Origin: Eledone cirrhosa
Taxonomy: Eukaryota
Reading direction: 5' to 3'
DNA: 64,000 nucleotides
Assembly (NCBI GenBank): GCA_964016885.1
Contig: OZ024744.1
Span: 22,754,001 to 22,818,000, forward strand
Shown here piece by piece: positions 58,097 through 64,000 of this stretch. Position 1 is the first letter of the stretch. The number at the start of each line of letters is the position of its first letter. A program made the translations under genes and the position numbers. The notes beneath the pieces are model-generated. The model made no database searches. It was not told the origin of the DNA and saw only the letters and a list, made by a program, of their open reading frames with translations.

Positions 58097-58718
58097 ATGG
58101 CTGTCCCCTCGTTATCGAGTATGGCCATTGCACGATATACCATTATTAATAATTATTAATTAATTTTATCGTGCAATGCCTGTGCGTGAAGATATTTTTT
58201 AAATCGAGGAAAGACTGTGCACTGAGCCAATCCCACTCTTTGAGCGACAGTAGCTATAATCCGAAAAGACGAAAGATCAACATCATCGGTAACTACTGAG
58301 CCGAGGGTTTTATATCGGAGTTATCCCAGTTTCCTGAGTTGCCTTCTCCTAGAAGAATGCCCTGACAAAGCCTAGGTGTCCTTAACTCCCAGTGTTTTAA
58401 CCGCGCGATCGGGTGTGCAGCCGACTATTTCTATGTCCCCGCACATATACATACACATGCACCCATGTATATACACATATACATATACATACATATGTAC
58501 ATGTGTATATAGATATTTACACACATTTGGATGGCCGTTGATTCTTATGAGTTCTTCCGACCTTTGTCAGGTTTTGTTTTTTGTCCTGCAGGGTGTCCAA
58601 AATCACCCTCCTCACCAAGTAAACTTGGTGGGGTTGCCGGTTTAGTCGCCGACGACCCGAACATGCGACAGGTTGTACTGGGTTGCATGTTACCAGTAGC
58701 ACTGAAGAGTGACCCGAC
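58097..58718 (-). mobile_element. Non-autonomous RTE derivative, family B (shares its 5' region with family A)
   Basis: 58528-58718 aligns with 50575-50764. Contains the CCTTCTCCTAGAA motif and an internal (CATA) expansion. Confidence 0.7.
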
Positions 58719-58783
58719 ATATATACATACATGCATACAAACATACATATATACATACATCCTTAGATATATACATATATACA

Positions 58784-59200
58784 TGATGGCTGCCGCCTCG
58801 TCATCGAGTATGGCCATTGCACGATATACCATTATTAATTATTATTAAGTAATTCTATCGTGCAATGCCTGTGCGTGAAGATTTTTTTAAAGTGAGGAAA
58901 GACTGTGCACTGAGCCAATCCCACTCTCTGAGCGACAGTAGCTATAACCCGAAAAGAAGAAAAGATCAACATCATCGGTAACTACTGAGCCGCAGGTTTT
59001 ATATCGGAGTTATCCCAGTTTCTTGAGTTGCCTTCTCCTAGAAGAATGCCCTGACAAAGGCTAGGGGTCCGTCACTCCCAGTGGTCTAACCGCACGATCG
59101 GGTGTCCAGCCCGATTATTTCTATGTCCCCGCGTATATACATACACATGCACCCATGTATATACACATTTACATATACATACATATGTACAGGTGCATAT
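58784..59200 (-). mobile_element. Second, truncated family B copy in tandem
   Basis: Aligns with 58097-58500. Confidence 0.75.
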
Positions 59201-59579
59201 ACATATATACATACATGTATATATGTATAAAAGTGTGTGTGTGTATACACACACACACACACACACATAGGTGTAGAGTAAAAATTTGTCTGTGGAAACT
59301 GAAAAGTTCAGTATCTCGCAGTGTTTCATCCCGAAATGGGTATATTAGGATTAGTGTGAGAAGTCCCAGCTGTTAAACACATACACTAGATACAGCTATC
59401 TAGATCTTGGCTTATCTAATTCCTTTTCTATAATGAAATTTACTTCCAGTTCAGAGCGAAGAAATCGTTCTAAACGTAATGTTGCCCCTTGCTGTAGACA
59501 CACACCATTAACTCAATTTTTGTATAGTTTATAATTGTTTTCAATTATTTCTGAAATTTTGCTGAAATACACCCCCATT

Positions 59580-59745
59580 AAAAGTGTGATGAGCTTATGA
59601 GTTCCATTCTTGGACTGATAATTGTTTTGAGTCCTTCAGCAAGACACTTTATTTCATGTTGCTTCAATTTACTCAGCTGTGGAAATGAGTTGTGACGTCA
59701 CTGGAGCCAAGTTGTATCAGCCATTGCCTTTCCCTTGGACAACAT
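59580..59745 (+). mobile_element. SINE 5' part (interrupted; resumes at 62963 and 63100-63292)
   Basis: GTCCTTCAGCAAGACACTTTATTTC..ACTCAGCTG..GAAATGAGT. The segment TGTGACGTCACTGG..TTGGACAACATC recurs at 62965 and 63101. Confidence 0.65.
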
Positions 59746-59784
59746 CATATATAGTGTATATATGGTGTAAATATATTGTGTGTG

Positions 59785-59948
<164 letters not shown>

Positions 59949-60039
59949 TAGAATCCTAACGGTTCAAGTTATTCCAGGAATAACTTGAACCGTTAAGATC
60001 CTATTCCTGGTTATGTCAATATTTATAAAACAAACTTTG

Positions 60040-60100
60040 TATTTTATCTGAAGAGGGCGTACCAAAGTTTTGTTACCCTTGAAATACATATAATAGAATA
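60040..60100 (+). ncRNA. Type I hammerhead ribozyme motif with imperfect stems II and III
   Basis: TATTTTAT-CTGAAGA-GGG..CCC-TT-GAAA-TACATA-TA-ATAGAATA. The element continues to 60240, homologous to 63635-63770. Confidence 0.6.
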
Positions 60101-60261
60101 ATTATGGTTTTATGAATATAGTTTCCATTTATGTAATATCATTGAATATTATACTCTAGAAAACTTGTTGAGTGCTTTGTATCAGTTATAAACATTTATA
60201 TTTGTTGAATTACCAACAAATTAAATATCCCTTTTGCCTATATATCTAGATATATATATAG

Positions 60262-60353
<92 letters not shown>

Positions 60354-60434
60354 GATAAACAGAAATAACAACACAATCGGTACAGTATATGGAAGGAATA
60401 TATTAGGTTAACGCTTGATATAGCATGAAGAGGG

Positions 60435-60470
60435 TCTTAACGTTTCGGACGCTAGTCCTTCATCGGAAGA
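60435..60470 (-). ncRNA. Minimal Penelope-type hammerhead motif (U4C variant)
   Basis: TCTT-CCGATGA-A-GGAC tagc GTCC-GAAA-CG-TT-AAGA. Confidence 0.6.
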
Positions 60471-60616
60471 AAGAATGAGAAATAAGATAGATTGAGGTGA
60501 CGGTCAGGTTGGAAATGGAAAAAATGTCTGAAACTGGATACCAGCCCGGAGTACACCTGAACTTCCAACAGGAAATCTTTCCTATCATTGAAATTTTCTT
60601 TGCTTCTTATACATAT

Positions 60617-60933
60617 AAATTATGAATGTTGGATTCTTATAGAATTCCAGTAATAATTAGTTCCTGATTATTACTGGAATTCTATAAGAATCCAACATTC
60701 ATAATTTCCAACAAACAAGGGGAATGCTAAGCTCTGAGGAATACCAACAGTATGAAACAGAGATCTGTCAGCTTATCTCCCTTTGTTTGTTGAAAAAAGA
60801 AGTAAGTGACATAGTCACTACTTTAAAATAGCCCAAGGTCTGCAAAATGCTTTTAATTAAGCATACAGTGTATTGCAAAATACACTATATACACATTCAT
60901 ATGTATATCGCTATTTCAGAGCACCAATTCTAA
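60617..60933 (+). mobile_element. Hammerhead-bearing element (same family as 31805-32178) with a 5' fold-back at 60617-60707
   Basis: Shared GAATTCTATAAGAAT, CTTATCTCCC, AAAATGCTTTTAATTAAGCATA and GCTATTTCAGAGC.CCAATTCTA. Confidence 0.78.
60728..60775 (+). ncRNA. Canonical type I hammerhead ribozyme
   Basis: TAAGCT-CTGAGGA-ATAC caaca GTAT-GAAA-CAG agat CTG-TC-AGCTTA. Intact CUGANGA/GAAA/GUC core. Predicted cleavage after C60769. Confidence 0.88.
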
Positions 60934-60950
60934 TATATATATATATATAT

Positions 60951-61605
60951 AGGCTGTTTGTTTGTTTACAAACGAACAAACCGAGCATTATAATAAATGT
61001 TCGGTAAACTGATACGTGCATATATATATGTGTGCCTGTATGTATATATATACATGTTACTGTACGTATGTATACATATATGTATGTACGTATACATACA
61101 TACTTACATTTAAGTAAGTGCCGTACTAAGAGTGAGAAATGAAATTTCGTTTCATTCTATTCCATTTATCGTTTTAGGTGTGCCTGGCCGACTGAACTCA
61201 CTCGATATGCAAATTAGGCTGCTCAGCCGTTAATTTTCATAAGGAAAGTATATACTTTCGGACGTTCAACCATCTGGCAGAAAGGTATACGGTGATGACG
61301 ATAGCTAATAAGCTTGAAACTAGTACATCGTTCCTGTGTCAGTGTTGAACAAAAAGGTGACGTGGTTGCCTAAACACTGTACGGCGTAATTCAGGCTGTT
61401 TGTTTGTTTACAAACGAACAAACCGAGCATTATAATAAATGTTCGGTAAACTGATACGTGCATATATATATGTGTGCCTGTATGTATATATATACATGCT
61501 ACTGTACGTCTGTATACATATATGTATGTACGTATACATACATACTTACATTTAAGTAAGTGCCGTACTAAGAGTGAGAAATGAAATTTCGTTTCATTAT
61601 ATTCC

Positions 61606-61610
<5 letters not shown>
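60951..61610 (+). mobile_element. Non-coding element, 442-bp unit plus 218-bp repeat, hammerhead-bearing, in (TA)n
   Basis: Direct repeat 60951-61168 / 61393-61610. Confidence 0.75.
61290..61330 (+). ncRNA. Minimal hammerhead motif (C3A variant)
   Basis: CGGTG-ATGACGA-TAGCT aata AGCTT-GAAA-CTAG-TA-CATCG, with palindromic stem III. Confidence 0.6.
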
Positions 61611-61704
<94 letters not shown>

Positions 61705-62774
61705 TTAGAATTGGAGCTCTGAAATAGCGATATATATATAAATGTATGTATAGTGTATTTTGCAATACACTGTATATATATATATTAAAATAACAGATTA
61801 AAGTTTTAGCAAAGAATCACTGCTGTCACCCTTAACGGGATATTCTGAAATAAAAAAAAAATCAATCTGAGAACGCAGGAGTAAATATTTCGAAAAACGT
61901 TGCAACCGAAGGAAAACAGGAAGACGATATTTTGGTTCGTGAAGACGTTCCCTGGCAATGAACGAAAAAAACCGAAGATAATACATCGTTATGAGGATCG
62001 GAGAGAAGAATAACACGCCAAGATAAAACCACGTTTCTGGTATAAATGAACTCGTAGACTAATGTTCTATTTAGGAAACCAAATGATTCTCGGCTTCAGA
62101 GTTAAGAATAAAGTAAATAAATTAGTAGAACGAAAATGACAGAGGTTATTAAAATCAATAATAATTAAATATATACAAACACACATCTATATACGTACCT
62201 ACACAGCCATAAGCGAAAACACCCGCCATGCATGCATATACATGCACATACACAAAACACGCGCACACATACATAAACCCGCGCGACACATGTACCAGCA
62301 CACATACGAACGTATACACCAAATGCCCCCTCCCAAACAAAAATATATATGTATGTGTATACATATAATAAACGTATACAAATATACACGCATAAATACG
62401 TATATAACGCACGCACACACACACCTACAGGTAAATACACATGTTCACCAAACGTACGTCAACCAAACACAAAGTACGCATATACACACCTAACATACGT
62501 GCAAACATGCATACACACATACAAACACAAACACAAAATACACATATACACATAACTATACGCACATGTACCGGTATATATAATATAACATATATACCTA
62601 TAACAAATACAAGCGTATATATGTACGAGAAAGTATACGTACCTCCACAAAACATACGGGTAAGATCTACTTACCTATACAAATAAGTAATGGTATAAAC
62701 ATAAAATATACTTAGCTACCACATCGAGAGGTAAATTATCCGCGTATTGTTCGTACTATCCGTTAGGGTATAAT

Positions 62775-62960
62775 GTGGGGCTGTAATACAGGAAAGGTTT
62801 ATGCAATTTATGTTTACAAGCCAAAAATGCCTCATATTTTTTATTGAAGAAGGGTCATTGGCGTTGAATATTTCCAGCGCTTCAGCGGCGCAAAGATCGC
62901 ATGGTCTTTTATTTCCGTTATACGATCTAGCTTAAGCTAGGATCTCCCAAGTGTATATTA
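62775..62960 (-). pseudogene. Penelope-like element GIY-YIG endonuclease C-terminal fragment
   Basis: YTWEILA*ARSYNGNKRPCDLCAAEALEIF..ACKHK matches the W.IL..A..Y....CxLC..E..CxH pattern of PLE endonuclease ends. Confidence 0.7.
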
Positions 62961-63099
62961 ATGTTGTGACGTCACTGGTGACAAGCTGAATCAGCCATTG
63001 CCTTTCCCTTGGACAACATCGTATATAGTGTATATATAGTGTATATATATATAGTGTATATCTAGTGTATATATGGTGTATATATAGTGTATATTAATG

Positions 63100-63292
63100 A
63101 TGTGACGTCACTGGTACCAAGCTGTATCAGCCATTACCTTTCCTTTGGACAACATCAGTGACGTAGAGAGGGGAGGTTGGTATGTATGGGAAACTGCTGG
63201 TCTTCCACAAACAGCCTTCCCGGTTTTGTACCTCGGAGGGGAACTTTCTAGTCTATAGCCCATGGTCATTCCTGACTGAACGAGAGTTTTTA
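63100..63292 (+). mobile_element. SINE 3' part (continuation of 59580-59745)
   Basis: The repeated 55-bp segment continues into AGTGACGTAGAGAGGGGAGG..CCCATGGTCATTCCTGACTGAA. Confidence 0.6.
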
Positions 63293-63523
63293 GCCTTATT
63301 TCACTTGTGTGGTATATGTACATATTTCCTTGTGAGACTTATTCTTCTCATTCGTTAGTTTTAGTGTACTAATACCACTGGTATATGTTTCAAGTGGTAT
63401 ATATGCAATATACTACAATATCTGATATAATATATTGTAATATATACTATATATATATATATATATACATACATACACACACACACTGACATACACACAC
63501 ACACACACACGCACACGCACACG

Positions 63524-63639
<116 letters not shown>

Positions 63640-63764
63640 GGTTTTAAAAATAGTTTCCATTTATTAATATCATTGATATTATACGCCAGGAACCGTGTAG
63701 AGTGCTTCGAATCTGTTATAATAAATAAATTTGTTGAATTATCAGCAAATTAAATATCTCTTTG

Positions 63765-63831
<67 letters not shown>

Positions 63832-63874
63832 TTATTTATATTTAGTTATGTAATAAACAACATAAGATAATTAT

Positions 63875-63935
63875 TTCATTTACCAGTGGTTTCTTGAAGG
63901 CAGATGTTATGTCTGTCTTCAGTCGTCAGAATGAA
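63875..63935 (-). ncRNA. Type I hammerhead ribozyme motif
   Basis: TTCATT-CTGACGA-C-TGAAGACAGA cataaca TCTGCCTTCA-A-GAAA-CCACTGG-TA-AATGAA. Intact core, first stem II pair mismatched. Confidence 0.78.
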
Positions 63936-64000
63936 CAAAAAAAATATTTCCGACGGAAATACTTCATTTATATATATATATATGTGAATTATATATATAT

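Overview
This is repeat-saturated eukaryotic DNA, most likely cephalopod (Octopus-like SINEs, very high TA/CA/ACC microsatellite load). I found no host protein-coding gene, and most ORFs in the supplied track are microsatellite artefacts. Bases 1-17.5 kb are a 29-bp satellite with modular higher-order structure and a near-identical 5,127-bp tandem duplication. The remainder is nested, decayed transposons: a CR1-type LINE, a near full-length L1/Tx1 LINE, RTE LINE fragments, an R4/Dong-type LINE with a 5' inversion, non-autonomous RTE derivatives, tRNA-SINEs, hAT and Tigger MITEs, and a Helitron. The most notable signal is a set of small non-coding elements inserted in (TA)n tracts. They carry type I hammerhead ribozyme motifs, partial tandem (circularly permuted) repeats and fold-back ends, as in Penelope pseudo-LTRs or retrozymes. 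Five hammerheads from different families lie in 60.0-64.0 kb, one family shows compensatory stem changes between copies, and one insertion captured 113 bp of neighbouring DNA. All coordinates and folds were read by eye, and family names are motif-based, not database hits.
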